Source of the DNA: an uncultured Flavobacteriales bacterium
GTDB lineage: Bacteria; Bacteroidota; Bacteroidia; Flavobacteriales_F; PHOS-HE28
Assembly (NCBI GenBank): GCA_937872175.1
Contig: CALMPI010000041.1
Location: 66,868-130,867, forward strand
Reading direction: 5' to 3'
Length of the DNA stretch: 64,000 bases
The translations under genes were made by a program, and so were the position numbers. The notes below the pieces were generated by a model, which worked only from the letters and a program-made list of their open reading frames with translations, was not told the DNA's origin and did no database searches. Positions 30,447 through 39,612 of this stretch are shown here, piece after piece; the first letter of the stretch is position 1; each line of letters starts with the position of its first letter.

Positions 30447-33284
30447 TCACTCCGACGCGATGTCCTGGCCCAGCAGGGTCACCGAACCGATGCCCTTGGT
30501 GGAGGGGAACCGCTGGCCCTTGGCCCGGTACTGGTACACATAGACCCCCGTGGGGCAGGGCTGCCCGTTGGCGAAACGGCCGTCCCAGGTGCGGCCCAGT
30601 TCCTCCGTGGTGAAGACCACCGCGCCCCAACGGTCGAAGATGGTGTAGGTCACCTCCGTCAGTGCGTACCCCACAGGGCCCCAGGCATCGTTGATGCCGT
30701 CCCCGTCAGGGGTGAACGCATTGGGGAAGAAGAGCTGTGCGGAGGGCTGCATGAACACCGAGTCCACATCGGTGCATCCGGCGGGGGTGGTGGCCGTCAC
30801 CGTGGCCCAGTACTGGTCGCCGTCGGCGAAGGTGTTCTCCACGGTGGCGCCGTAGGCCTGCGCACCGGTGCTGAAGGTCCAATGGAAGGTCTCCGCCCCG
30901 GGCAGGCATTGCGCCGTGAACCGAAACTCATCCCCGCCGAGCTCGCTCACGGTGATGTCCACCACGGGGATCTCCACCACCACGGTCACCGCTCCGCTCG
31001 CGCTGGCGCCGCAGGCATCGGTCACCGTCACCGTCAGGGTGGTGTCGGCCTCGGGGAACACGGTCACCGCGGCGGTGATGTCGCCCGAGGGCTGCCAGAG
31101 GAAGGTGTAGTCCCCTCCCCCGCCCGCCCCGCCGGCGGTCACCGTGGCGCTGCCACCCTCGCAGGCCACGGCCGTGGTGGGCAGGAGCAGCTCCAGCGGC
31201 GCCGGGGCGTCCACCACCACGGTCGCACTGGTCTGCTGACCGCAATTATCGGCCACCTCCAGGGTGTATGTGGCATCGCCGGTCACCGGCACGGTCAGGG
31301 AAGGTCCGGAACCGACGTTGTTCCCGGCATCATCGGTCCACACATAGCTGTACTGGCCGTCGCCACCGGTCACGCCAGGGGTCAGGGTCGCGGCATCGCC
31401 CAGGCAGGGCACCGTGTAGGGGCCTCCCGGGGTGATGGTGAGCGTGGGCAGATTGGGCGGGCTCACCTGCACGGTGGCCGAGCCCGATCCGCCACAGACA
31501 TCCTGCACGGTCACCACATAGGTCCCGGGCGAGCCGGCGGGTACGTTCAGGCTGGTGCCATTGCCCTGGCTGGTGCCGTTCAGCGTCCAATCGTAGGTGT
31601 ACGGACCCACGCCGCCGGCCACGTTGAGCACCTCCAACAGCACACTGCCCTGGCAGGGGAGCTCCACGTCGGGCGAAGCCGTGACGGCCAGCACGGCCGG
31701 GGGCAGTACCGTCACGGTGATGCTGCCCTGCTGCACACCGGCGCAGTTGTCGTTCACGGTCACGGTGTAGGTGCCCGGGGTGGTGGCGTCCACCGGGATG
31801 GTGGTGCCCGTGCCCACCGGGTTGCCGTTGAGGGTCCAGCTGTACGTGAAGGGGGGCGTGCCGCCCGCGACGTTGATCACACTGAGGTCGGCGGTGCCCT
31901 GGCAGTCGAGGGTCACGTCCGGGCTCAGGGTCAGGATCATGGGGGGGCTGGCCGGGGCGCCCACCACCACGCTCTCCTGCACACTGCCGCCGCAGTTGTC
32001 ATCCACCGTCAGCACGTATGTGCCAGGGGCGGTGTTGGGCACGGTGATGGTGGTGCCATTGCCCACCGGAGCCCCGTTGAGCGTCCATTCATACGTGAAG
32101 GGCGCCGTGCCACCGGTGAGGCTCAGCACCTCCAGGTCCACCGAGCCGCTGCAGGGCAGGGTCAGGTCAGGGGTCACCGTCAGGTTCATGGGCGGGCTGA
32201 TGGGGGCGCCGACCACCACGGGCTCCTGCACCACCGCACCACAACCGTCGGTCACCGTGGCCACGTAGGTGCCTTGCTGGCCCTGTCCCACGGTGATGGT
32301 CTGGTTGGTGCTCACGGGGGTGCCGTTCAGGGTCCATTCGTAGGTGTAGGGCGGGGTGCCGCCGTTGACGTTCAGGATGCTGATGTCCACCGAGCCGCTG
32401 CACGGGAGGTTCACATCGGGGGAGGCGTTCACCACCGGCTGGGCGCTGGCGAAGCTGCCGCCCTCCAGGAACACGGCCGAGTCGAAGATCTCATCACCTC
32501 CATCGCCGATGGCGAGTTTGATGTGGTAGGTCTGCCCGCACTGCACTTGGGCTCCGGCCGTAAGCACCGAGGTCATCCCATCGTAGGTGATGGTGTTGCC
32601 CATGAAGTTGTCCACATAATACGCGCTGTTGGCCACCCAGTTGGGATCGGCGGCCGCACAGTTGAAGGGGTCGCAGCCGTTCATGGGATCGCCGGCCGAT
32701 CCGCCGTTGAGGGTGTTGATGGTCACCGGCACGCTCGTGCCGGGGATCTGGGCCAGGTTGATGGCATTGTTGGTGAACGGGCCGTTGATGCCGGGACCGC
32801 TGAGGAAGAAGCCGAAGGCATCGTTCACAAGCGCGCACACATACTCAGGGTACTCCTCGGAGGCGAACACGAAGCGGAACTCGATGGAGTTGCCGGTGGG
32901 CACGAAATCGAACTCGAGCACCGTGGCATCATTGATCACCACACCGGAGAGGGTGGCCAGGTCCGGGTCGCTGCCGGTGAACAGGCCGCTGCTGGCGAAG
33001 GTCATGTCGCCCATGCCGGGGGCGTCATTGACGAAGCCCGTGGACAGGATGATGCCCGAGGCCAGGCCCAGGTTGGTGCCGTTGGCGGTGAAGGCGCCAC
33101 AGCCGGGCTGACCGCCCGGAGCACCGATGATGCCATTGTACTCCACGTTGCTGGCCACCACACCACCTCCCAGCAGGGTGCTCTGCACCAGGTTCTGGGG
33201 CGTGGGGGCGTTGTTGATCAGCAACTGGGCGCTGGCGGGCCCCGTGGCGAGGACGATCAGGACGGGTAGAAGGGCGCGGGTCAT
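30447..33284 (-). CDS. Giant surface protein paralog 3 (same N-terminal domain, at least 7 SprB-like ~65-aa repeats, T9SS type-B C-terminal domain)
   Basis: MTRALLPVLIVLATGPASAQ; FVFASEEYPEYV, CGQTYHIKLAIGDGGD; repeats of the form ...[14 protein letters not shown]...GTYV.TV.D.CG...; C-terminal LFFPNAFTPDGDGINDAW...GVYVYQYRA. Start could also be the upstream M at 33314. Confidence 0.8.
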   Translation of the reverse strand: MTRALLPVLIVLATGPASAQLLINNAPTPQNLVQSTLLGGGVVASNVEYNGIIGAPGGQPGCGAFTANGTNLGLASGIILSTGFVNDAPGMGDMTFASSGLFTGSDPDLATLSGVVINDATVLEFDFVPTGNSIEFRFVFASEEYPEYVCALVNDAFGFFLSGPGINGPFTNNAINLAQIPGTSVPVTINTLNGGSAGDPMNGCDPFNCAAADPNWVANSAYYVDNFMGNTITYDGMTSVLTAGAQVQCGQTYHIKLAIGDGGDEIFDSAVFLEGGSFASAQPVVNASPDVNLPCSGSVDISILNVNGGTPPYTYEWTLNGTPVSTNQTITVGQGQQGTYVATVTDGCGAVVQEPVVVGAPISPPMNLTVTPDLTLPCSGSVDLEVLSLTGGTAPFTYEWTLNGAPVGNGTTITVPNTAPGTYVLTVDDNCGGSVQESVVVGAPASPPMILTLSPDVTLDCQGTADLSVINVAGGTPPFTYSWTLNGNPVGTGTTIPVDATTPGTYTVTVNDNCAGVQQGSITVTVLPPAVLAVTASPDVELPCQGSVLLEVLNVAGGVGPYTYDWTLNGTSQGNGTSLNVPAGSPGTYVVTVQDVCGGSGSATVQVSPPNLPTLTITPGGPYTVPCLGDAATLTPGVTGGDGQYSYVWTDDAGNNVGSGPSLTVPVTGDATYTLEVADNCGQQTSATVVVDAPAPLELLLPTTAVACEGGSATVTAGGAGGGGDYTFLWQPSGDITAAVTVFPEADTTLTVTVTDACGASASGAVTVVVEIPVVDITVSELGGDEFRFTAQCLPGAETFHWTFSTGAQAYGATVENTFADGDQYWATVTATTPAGCTDVDSVFMQPSAQLFFPNAFTPDGDGINDAWGPVGYALTEVTYTIFDRWGAVVFTTEELGRTWDGRFANGQPCPTGVYVYQYRAKGQRFPSTKGIGSVTLLGQDIASE

Positions 33285-33380
33285 GGCGTGGGGGTCGTTC
33301 GTGGGGCGAAACAAGCGCCGGCCCGGCAGGGCGGGCAGCGGGGTCGAGCAACTGGCAGGGGTGATCGCGCAGCCGGCGGG

Positions 33381-33393
33381 CGGCTATCTTGCG
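33381..33393 (+). promoter_or_regulatory. Promoter motif GGCTATCTTGCGG upstream of the M20 peptidase gene
   Basis: A variant of the recurrent GCTATCTTCGCG element. Its position implies the annotated TTG at 33389 is not the start codon. Confidence 0.35.
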
Positions 33394-33451
33394 GGCCCTT
33401 ATCCACCGCGAAGGTCCGCAGGGCCTGCATGCGGGTAAATACCTAAATGTC

Positions 33452-34831
33452 GTGAAGGACCTCCTCGCCTACGTCGATGCCAACCAGGACCGCTACCTGG
33501 CCGAACTGATGGACCTGCTGCGCATCCCCAGTGTCAGCGCCGACCCCAAGTACAAGGCCGATGTGCAGCGTTGCGCCGAGGCCGTCAAACAGCGCCTGGT
33601 GGAGGCCGGGGTGGACCGCGCAGAGATCTGCCCCACGGCCGGTCACCCCATCGTGTACGGGGAGAAGATCGTGGACCCCGCCAAGCCGACGGTGCTGGTC
33701 TATGGGCACTACGATGTGCAGCCGCCCGACCCGCTGGACCTGTGGACCTCCCCGCCCTTCGAACCGGTGATCAAGGACGGAGTGATCTACGCCCGCGGCA
33801 GCGCCGACGACAAGGGCCAGTTCTACATGCACGTGAAGGCGGTGGAGGCCATGCTGCGCAACGGCGGCCTGCCCTGCAACGTGAAGTTCATGATCGAGGG
33901 GGAGGAGGAAGTGGGCAGCGACAACCTCGGGATCTTCGTGAAGGCCAACAAGGAGCGCCTCAAGGCCGACGTGGTGCTGATCAGCGACACGGCGATGATC
34001 GCCAACGACGTGCCCAGCATCAATACCGGTCTGCGCGGGCTCAGCTACCTGGAGGTGGAGGTCACCGGCCCCAACCGCGACCTGCACAGCGGGGTGTACG
34101 GCGGCGCCGTGGCCAACCCGATCAACGCCCTGTGCGAAATGATCGCCAGCCTGCACGATGCGGACCGGCGCATCACCATCCCCGGCTTCTACGAGGCGGT
34201 GCGCGACCTCAGCGCCGCCGAACGCAAGGCCCTGGCCGAGGCCCCTTTCGATGAAGAGGCCTACAAGAAGGACCTGGCCATCGATGCGGTGCGCGGGGAA
34301 AAGGGCTACACCACCGAGGAGCGCAGCAGCATCCGGCCCACGCTCGATGTCAACGGCATCTGGGGGGGCTACATCGGCGAGGGCGCCAAGACGGTGCTTC
34401 CGTCCAAGGCCTTCGCCAAGATCAGCATGCGGCTGGTGCCCGACCAGAAGAGCGAGGCCATCACCCGGCTGTTCCAGGAGCACTTCGTGCGCATCGCGCC
34501 GCCGGGCGTCAAGGTGGCGGTGCGTCCCCACCATGGCGGCGAGGCCGCAGTGACGCCCATCGACTCGGTGGCGTACCGCGCCGCGAGCAAGGCCATGGAG
34601 GAGGCGTTCGGCAAGACCCCGATCCCCACCCGTGGCGGGGGCAGCATCCCCATCGTGGCCCTGTTCGAGGCGGAGCTGGGCTTGAAGACCGTGCTGTTCG
34701 GCTTCGGGCTGGACTCGGACAACATCCACAGCCCGGACGAGCACTACGGCGTGTTCAACTACATGATGGGCATCCGCACGATCCCGCGCTTCTTCCATCA
34801 CTACGCCGCGCTGATGAACGGCCGGGCGTGA
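33452..34831 (+). CDS. M20-family dipeptidase (ArgE/DapE/CPG2-like)
   Basis: Metal-binding motifs HYDVQP, GSADDKG, EGEEEVGS, and a dimerisation domain. Start set at the in-frame GTG giving MKDLLAYVDANQDRYLAE, because the upstream TTG lies inside the promoter motif. Confidence 0.8.
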   Translation: MKDLLAYVDANQDRYLAELMDLLRIPSVSADPKYKADVQRCAEAVKQRLVEAGVDRAEICPTAGHPIVYGEKIVDPAKPTVLVYGHYDVQPPDPLDLWTSPPFEPVIKDGVIYARGSADDKGQFYMHVKAVEAMLRNGGLPCNVKFMIEGEEEVGSDNLGIFVKANKERLKADVVLISDTAMIANDVPSINTGLRGLSYLEVEVTGPNRDLHSGVYGGAVANPINALCEMIASLHDADRRITIPGFYEAVRDLSAAERKALAEAPFDEEAYKKDLAIDAVRGEKGYTTEERSSIRPTLDVNGIWGGYIGEGAKTVLPSKAFAKISMRLVPDQKSEAITRLFQEHFVRIAPPGVKVAVRPHHGGEAAVTPIDSVAYRAASKAMEEAFGKTPIPTRGGGSIPIVALFEAELGLKTVLFGFGLDSDNIHSPDEHYGVFNYMMGIRTIPRFFHHYAALMNGRA

Positions 34832-34860
34832 GCCCGGCGCGGTCGTTGACCGGTACCCGC

Positions 34861-35310
34861 ATGCTTCGTCGCTGCGGCCCTCCGGCCCTCATCCTATGGC
34901 TGGCGCTGGCCGGCTGCGGCACCTACCGCGAGATCACCATCGATGGCGTGGAAGCGGTGCACCTCGCCGGGATGGACGCCAACGGCCTGTCGGTGCGGGC
35001 CGAGGTCAAGGTGACGAACCCCAACGGCTATCGGATCCGCGTGAGCGAGCCCGAGCTCGACCTGTTCCTGAACGACACGCGCATCGGCACGGCGGTGCTG
35101 GACACCGCGCTGGTGGTGCCCGCCCGGGGCACGACCCTCCTGCGCGTTCCGTTCCACGCGCGGATGGAGGGCGGACCGCTGCTGGTGATGGGCCTGGGCG
35201 CGCTGCTCGGCGACCGGCCGCTGTTGCGCGCCGAGGGCACGGTGCGCGCCCGGGCCGGGCTGGTGCGCAAGCGCATCCCGATCCGCCTGGAGGCCCCCCT
35301 TCAGCCATGA
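34861..35310 (+). CDS. LEA-2/WHy-like lipoprotein (Water stress and Hypersensitive response domain)
   Basis: Lipobox LALAGC; beta-sandwich-like pattern NPNGYRIRVSEPELDLFLNDTRIGT. Confidence 0.6.
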   Translation: MLRRCGPPALILWLALAGCGTYREITIDGVEAVHLAGMDANGLSVRAEVKVTNPNGYRIRVSEPELDLFLNDTRIGTAVLDTALVVPARGTTLLRVPFHARMEGGPLLVMGLGALLGDRPLLRAEGTVRARAGLVRKRIPIRLEAPLQP

Positions 35311-35394
35311 AGCGGTATACCGCACGGCCGCTTGTTGACGACCCACAGCCGACCGATCGTGCGGACGCCCCGCCACCGGGCTTACTTTGAACCC

Positions 35395-37515
35395 ATGACC
35401 CACCGCCTGCTGCTCCCCGGATGCGCGGCCCTGCTCCTGTCCGCCGGAGGATGCGGAGGCGGTGGCACCGACGATCCCGGATCCATGAACGACAGCACCG
35501 CGCACCGACACACCAACCGCCTGGTCCACGAATCGAGCCCCTATCTGCTGCAGCATGCCCACAACCCGGTGGACTGGTACCCCTGGGGCCAGGAGGCCTT
35601 CGATTCGGCACGCGCGCAGAACAAACTGGTTTTGATCAGCGTGGGCTACAGCAGCTGCCACTGGTGCCACGTGATGGAGCGCGAGAGCTTCGAGAACGAC
35701 AGCATCGCCGAACTGATGAACGAGCGCTTCATCTGCATCAAGGTGGACCGCGAAGAGCGGCCGGACGTGGACCAGGTGTACATGGGCGCCGTGCAGCTGA
35801 TGACCGGGCGTGGGGGCTGGCCGCTCAACTGCTTCGCGCTGCCCGATGGCCGCCCGGTGTACGGGGGCACCTACTTCGCGCCGGCGCAATGGAGGCAGCT
35901 GCTGCAGGACCTGGGCACCACCTGGGCGCAGGAGCCCGACCGGGTGCGCAGCTACGCCGACCGCCTGCAACAGGGCATCGCCGAGCTGGACCTCGTGGTG
36001 CTCAATGAGGATCCGGCGCCCTTCTCCCGCAAGGAGCTCGACCGTTTCGTGGACGCATGGGAGAAGCAGTTCGACAACGAGCATGGCGGGCCGGACCGCG
36101 CGCCGAAGTTCCCCATGCCCAACAACTACCTGTTCCTGCTGCAGCAGGCCTGGCTCACCAACGACCCTGCGCTGAAGGCCCACGTGAAGCTCACCCTGGA
36201 CCGCATGGCGCGCGGCGGCCTCTTCGACCAGGTGGGCGGCGGCTTCGCGCGCTACAGCACCGATGTGCTGTGGAAGGTGCCGCACTTCGAGAAGATGCTG
36301 TACGACAACGCACAGCTCGTGAGCCTGTACAGCCAGGCGTGGAAGGCCTATGGCGATCCGGAGCACCGGCGGGTGGTGGAGCGCACGCTGGCGTTCCTCG
36401 AGCGCGAGATGCGTTCTCCGGAAGGCGCGTACTTCAGCGCGCTCGACGCCGACAGCGAGGGCGAGGAGGGCCGGTTCTATGTGTGGACCGAGGAGGAGCT
36501 GCGCACGGTGCTCGGCACCGACCATGAGCTGGCGATGAAGCTGTACGCCGTGGGCGGGGAAGGGCTGTGGGAACATGGACGCAACATCCTGCTGCGCCCG
36601 GTGGACGACAGCACCTTCGCGCAGCGCAACGGCATGGACCCGGCCGCCTTGCGCACGCGCATCGACGCCATCAACACCAAGCTGCTGGAGGCCCGCGCAG
36701 GCCGCGAACGGCCCGGCCTGGACGACAAGGCGCTGGTGAGCTGGAACGCGCTCACCGTGCAGGCCTACGCGGATGCGTACGAAGCCCTGGGGACACCGGC
36801 CTACCTGGAACAGGCGAAGCGCACCATGGCCCTGCTGCTCGGCCGATGCCGGAGGCCCGACGGAGGCCTGTGGCACAGCTACAAGAACGGCAAGGCCACC
36901 ATCAACGGCTACCTGGAGGACTACTGCTTCACCATCGAGGCCCTGCTGGCGCTGTACGGCGTCACCTTCGACGAGGCCCACGTGCGCGAAGCGGAGAAGC
37001 TCGCTGAATACGCGATCGCCCACTTCCACGACAGCACCAGCGCCATGTTCCACTTCACCAGTGACCTCGACCCACCGTTGGTGGCCCGCCGCAAGGAAGT
37101 GAACGACAACGTCATCCCCGCCTCCAACAGCAGCATGGCCAAGGGGCTCTTCCTGCTGGGCCACCTGCTCGACCGACCGCGCTATCTGGCCCTCAGCGAG
37201 CAGATGCTGCAGAACGTGAAGGGACAGATGGACAGCTATCCGGGGGGCTACAGCAACTGGGCGCTGCTGATGCAGGCGCACGTGTTCCCCTTCCACGAGA
37301 TCGCCATCACGGGTCCTGATGCACAGGCGCTGCGGCTCGGTTTCGGACGGCACTACGTGCCCAACGCGGTGTTCCTGGGCGGCCCGGCCGCATCGACGCT
37401 TCCGCTGCTGGAGGGCAAGCTGCTGCCGGGCGCCTCCACCATTTACGTGTGCCAGAACAAGACCTGCCGGATGCCGGTGGGCACCGTGGACGAGGCCCTT
37501 CGACAACTGCGATGA
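35395..37515 (+). CDS. Thioredoxin-domain protein, DUF255 / YyaL-type with an (alpha/alpha)6 glycosyl-hydrolase-like C-terminal domain; lipoprotein
   Basis: Lipobox LLSAGGC; [13 protein letters not shown]...[18 protein letters not shown] is the DUF255 thioredoxin-like signature; ~700 aa. Confidence 0.85.
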   Translation: MTHRLLLPGCAALLLSAGGCGGGGTDDPGSMNDSTAHRHTNRLVHESSPYLLQHAHNPVDWYPWGQEAFDSARAQNKLVLISVGYSSCHWCHVMERESFENDSIAELMNERFICIKVDREERPDVDQVYMGAVQLMTGRGGWPLNCFALPDGRPVYGGTYFAPAQWRQLLQDLGTTWAQEPDRVRSYADRLQQGIAELDLVVLNEDPAPFSRKELDRFVDAWEKQFDNEHGGPDRAPKFPMPNNYLFLLQQAWLTNDPALKAHVKLTLDRMARGGLFDQVGGGFARYSTDVLWKVPHFEKMLYDNAQLVSLYSQAWKAYGDPEHRRVVERTLAFLEREMRSPEGAYFSALDADSEGEEGRFYVWTEEELRTVLGTDHELAMKLYAVGGEGLWEHGRNILLRPVDDSTFAQRNGMDPAALRTRIDAINTKLLEARAGRERPGLDDKALVSWNALTVQAYADAYEALGTPAYLEQAKRTMALLLGRCRRPDGGLWHSYKNGKATINGYLEDYCFTIEALLALYGVTFDEAHVREAEKLAEYAIAHFHDSTSAMFHFTSDLDPPLVARRKEVNDNVIPASNSSMAKGLFLLGHLLDRPRYLALSEQMLQNVKGQMDSYPGGYSNWALLMQAHVFPFHEIAITGPDAQALRLGFGRHYVPNAVFLGGPAASTLPLLEGKLLPGASTIYVCQNKTCRMPVGTVDEALRQLR

Positions 37516-38408
37516 GGCCGGTCCTGCTCTCCCTGCTCCTGCTGCCCGCCACGGCGGCGGCACAGATGCTCCGCGTGGTCCCCAGCGACCGCGAGGCCGA
37601 ACACCCACCCTGGGATGCGGCCTTCATGCAACGCAACGGCGTATCCACCATCACCGGCGTTCCCTCGGTGAAACCGGAGGGCCGGCCCATGCGCGAGCTG
37701 CCCGAACGGCTGCTCCACCGCTTCGACGAGGAGGGTCGCCTGGTATACAGCAACAGCACCCACGGCCGCCCGGGCAGCGGGCTGGACACCACCTCGGTGG
37801 CCTGGACCTACGATGCCGCCGGACGAGCCGTGGCCCAACTGCGCACGGACCTGGCCGGGCACTACCTGTTGGAGACCGCCCTGGACAGCCTTGGACGTCC
37901 GGTGAGCGAGACCTATGTGCGCGTGGCCAACACGGGGCCCGATCGCTACCGGTTCCAGCCGGGCGAGCGCACCGTGATCAGCGATGAGCGGTACACCTAC
38001 CGCACCGAGAGCGACACCGCCTGGGTGCGGGAGTACCGCAACAACCTGGGCCTGCCCTACCGCGAGCAACGCCACGCCTACGATCAATGGGGCTACCTGC
38101 GCAGCATCGAGGACCACTACCTGGTGAGCGGACGGCGCTCGCGCGTGAGCTTCCGCTACGACGAGAAGGGCCGGCTGGCGGAACGCATCGTGCGACCCGA
38201 TCTTCGGGAGGCCCGCAGCACCATGGAGACCTACCGGTATGACCCCGCCGGGAACCTTTCCACGCGGGAGGTGTACCACGATGACCGTCATGTGCGCCAT
38301 GAGGAGTACCTGTACGAGGAGCACACGATGTTCCTGAAGGCGCGGCTCACCAAGGACATGGCCACCGGCCAGATCCATGTGGTCCGCTATCATACCGAAC
38401 GAAGATGA
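37512..38408 (+). CDS. Small secreted YD-repeat (Rhs-like repeat) protein
   Basis: Signal peptide [18 protein letters not shown]; repeated xYDxxGRL motifs ([41 protein letters not shown]). Confidence 0.6.
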   Translation: MRPVLLSLLLLPATAAAQMLRVVPSDREAEHPPWDAAFMQRNGVSTITGVPSVKPEGRPMRELPERLLHRFDEEGRLVYSNSTHGRPGSGLDTTSVAWTYDAAGRAVAQLRTDLAGHYLLETALDSLGRPVSETYVRVANTGPDRYRFQPGERTVISDERYTYRTESDTAWVREYRNNLGLPYREQRHAYDQWGYLRSIEDHYLVSGRRSRVSFRYDEKGRLAERIVRPDLREARSTMETYRYDPAGNLSTREVYHDDRHVRHEEYLYEEHTMFLKARLTKDMATGQIHVVRYHTERR

Positions 38409-38920
38409 CACGGCACACCGCTTCCCTCCTGTTGGCGTTCACGGTGATGTTCGGTGCGGGAAGCGTTCGTGCGCAACAGGCGCTCGTGCGCTGGGCATAC
38501 GGACCTCTGGCCCGTCCGGGTGATGCGGCCTTCGTGGTCGAGGGCGGCGCCATCCACACGGCGAGCGGCCCCTTCGGAACCCGCGGTCCATGCGTCTACC
38601 TCGTCGAGGGCGACCGGGTGTTCCGCAGTGCCGACGGCAACTGGTCGCGCGGCGATTGCGCCTACCTGCTGGACGGCAACGGGCTGGTGCATGCTTCGGG
38701 GCCGCTGTGCGCGCGGGGCACCTGTGCCCTGGTGGCCGATGGGCCCGCCGTGTTCCGCAGCGATGGCGCCTTCTGCAGCAAGGCGGAGGCGGCCTTCCGG
38801 ATCGAGGGCAACGCGGTGTTCCTGGCGGACGGGGCCTTCGCACGCAAGGGCGACGCCATCCTGGTGATCGAAGGGGAGCTGAGCCCCGCTGCGCTGTTGG
38901 TGATCCTGGCGGCCCTGTAA
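38405..38920 (+). CDS. Secreted protein composed of ~6 tandem 22-aa repeats, novel
   Basis: Signal peptide [25 protein letters not shown]; repeats GDAAFVVEGGAIHTASGPFGTRG / PCVYLVEGDRVFRSADGNWSRG / DCAYLLDGNGLVHASGPLCARG / TCALVADGPAVFRSDGAFCSKA / EAAFRIEGNAVFLADGAFARKG; ATGA overlap with the YD-repeat gene. Confidence 0.6.
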   Translation: MTRHTASLLLAFTVMFGAGSVRAQQALVRWAYGPLARPGDAAFVVEGGAIHTASGPFGTRGPCVYLVEGDRVFRSADGNWSRGDCAYLLDGNGLVHASGPLCARGTCALVADGPAVFRSDGAFCSKAEAAFRIEGNAVFLADGAFARKGDAILVIEGELSPAALLVILAAL

Positions 38921-38925
38921 AGCGC

Positions 38926-39609
38926 TCAGGTGCGTGGCTTCGTCACGCCCGCCTCCTTGCCGTACAGGGGCACCAGGTAGGCCAGGTCATCCACCGCACC
39001 CGTGCGCAACCGCTCCTCCGCAACGCCGAGCAAGGCCCGCGCCCAGGGACGGATCCCCGGCACGTGCACCACGCCTTCCGTGCCGCTCCAAAGCGCTGCC
39101 GCCTTGTCGGCACCATCGCCGAAGACCACCGCTGCACCAAGACCCTGAGCCCATTCCGGATCCAGCACACGGGGTTCCGGAGCGGCCACGGGCCGGCCAT
39201 GCGCAGTGAAGGCCGCCGTGAACACTTCCATCCTCCGCGCATCGATCATGGGGTGTCGCACGACACCGGGCGCTGGATCGGTGCCGGTGGTCTGCAGGGC
39301 GGCGGCCAGCACCTCCAGCGTGCCCACACCGATGAGCGGACATCCGAGGGCATGGGCGTAGCCCTTCGCGGCACTGAGCCCGATGCGCAGACCGGTGTAG
39401 CTGCCGGGGCCGATGCCCACGGCCACGGCGTTCAACGCCGCGAAGCCCACGCCTGCTTCCTGCATCACCTCCTCTGCAAGCACATGGAGGCGCTCGGCAT
39501 GGATGAAGCCCTCGCCCTCCTCGTTGCGTTCGGCCAGCAGGGCGCCGTCGCGGCCTAGCGCCACCGAACACAGGCGCGTGGAGGTCTCGATGGCGAGCAC
39601 CAGGCCCAT
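38926..39609 (-). CDS. tsaB: tRNA threonylcarbamoyladenosine biosynthesis protein TsaB
   Basis: MGLVLAIETSTRLCSVAL...GPGSYTGLRIGL is a YeaZ/TsaB signature. Confidence 0.85.
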   Translation of the reverse strand: MGLVLAIETSTRLCSVALGRDGALLAERNEEGEGFIHAERLHVLAEEVMQEAGVGFAALNAVAVGIGPGSYTGLRIGLSAAKGYAHALGCPLIGVGTLEVLAAALQTTGTDPAPGVVRHPMIDARRMEVFTAAFTAHGRPVAAPEPRVLDPEWAQGLGAAVVFGDGADKAAALWSGTEGVVHVPGIRPWARALLGVAEERLRTGAVDDLAYLVPLYGKEAGVTKPRT

Positions 39610-39612
39610 GGC

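Noticed and set aside
25329-33269. Plus-strand ORFs of 790, 719, 395 and 795 aa across the paralog array
   Set aside because: All are G/H/A/V-rich antisense frames of the three minus-strand giant surface protein genes.
34894-37608. 904-aa minus-strand ORF antisense to the DUF255 thioredoxin-domain gene
   Set aside because: Low-complexity antisense artefact.
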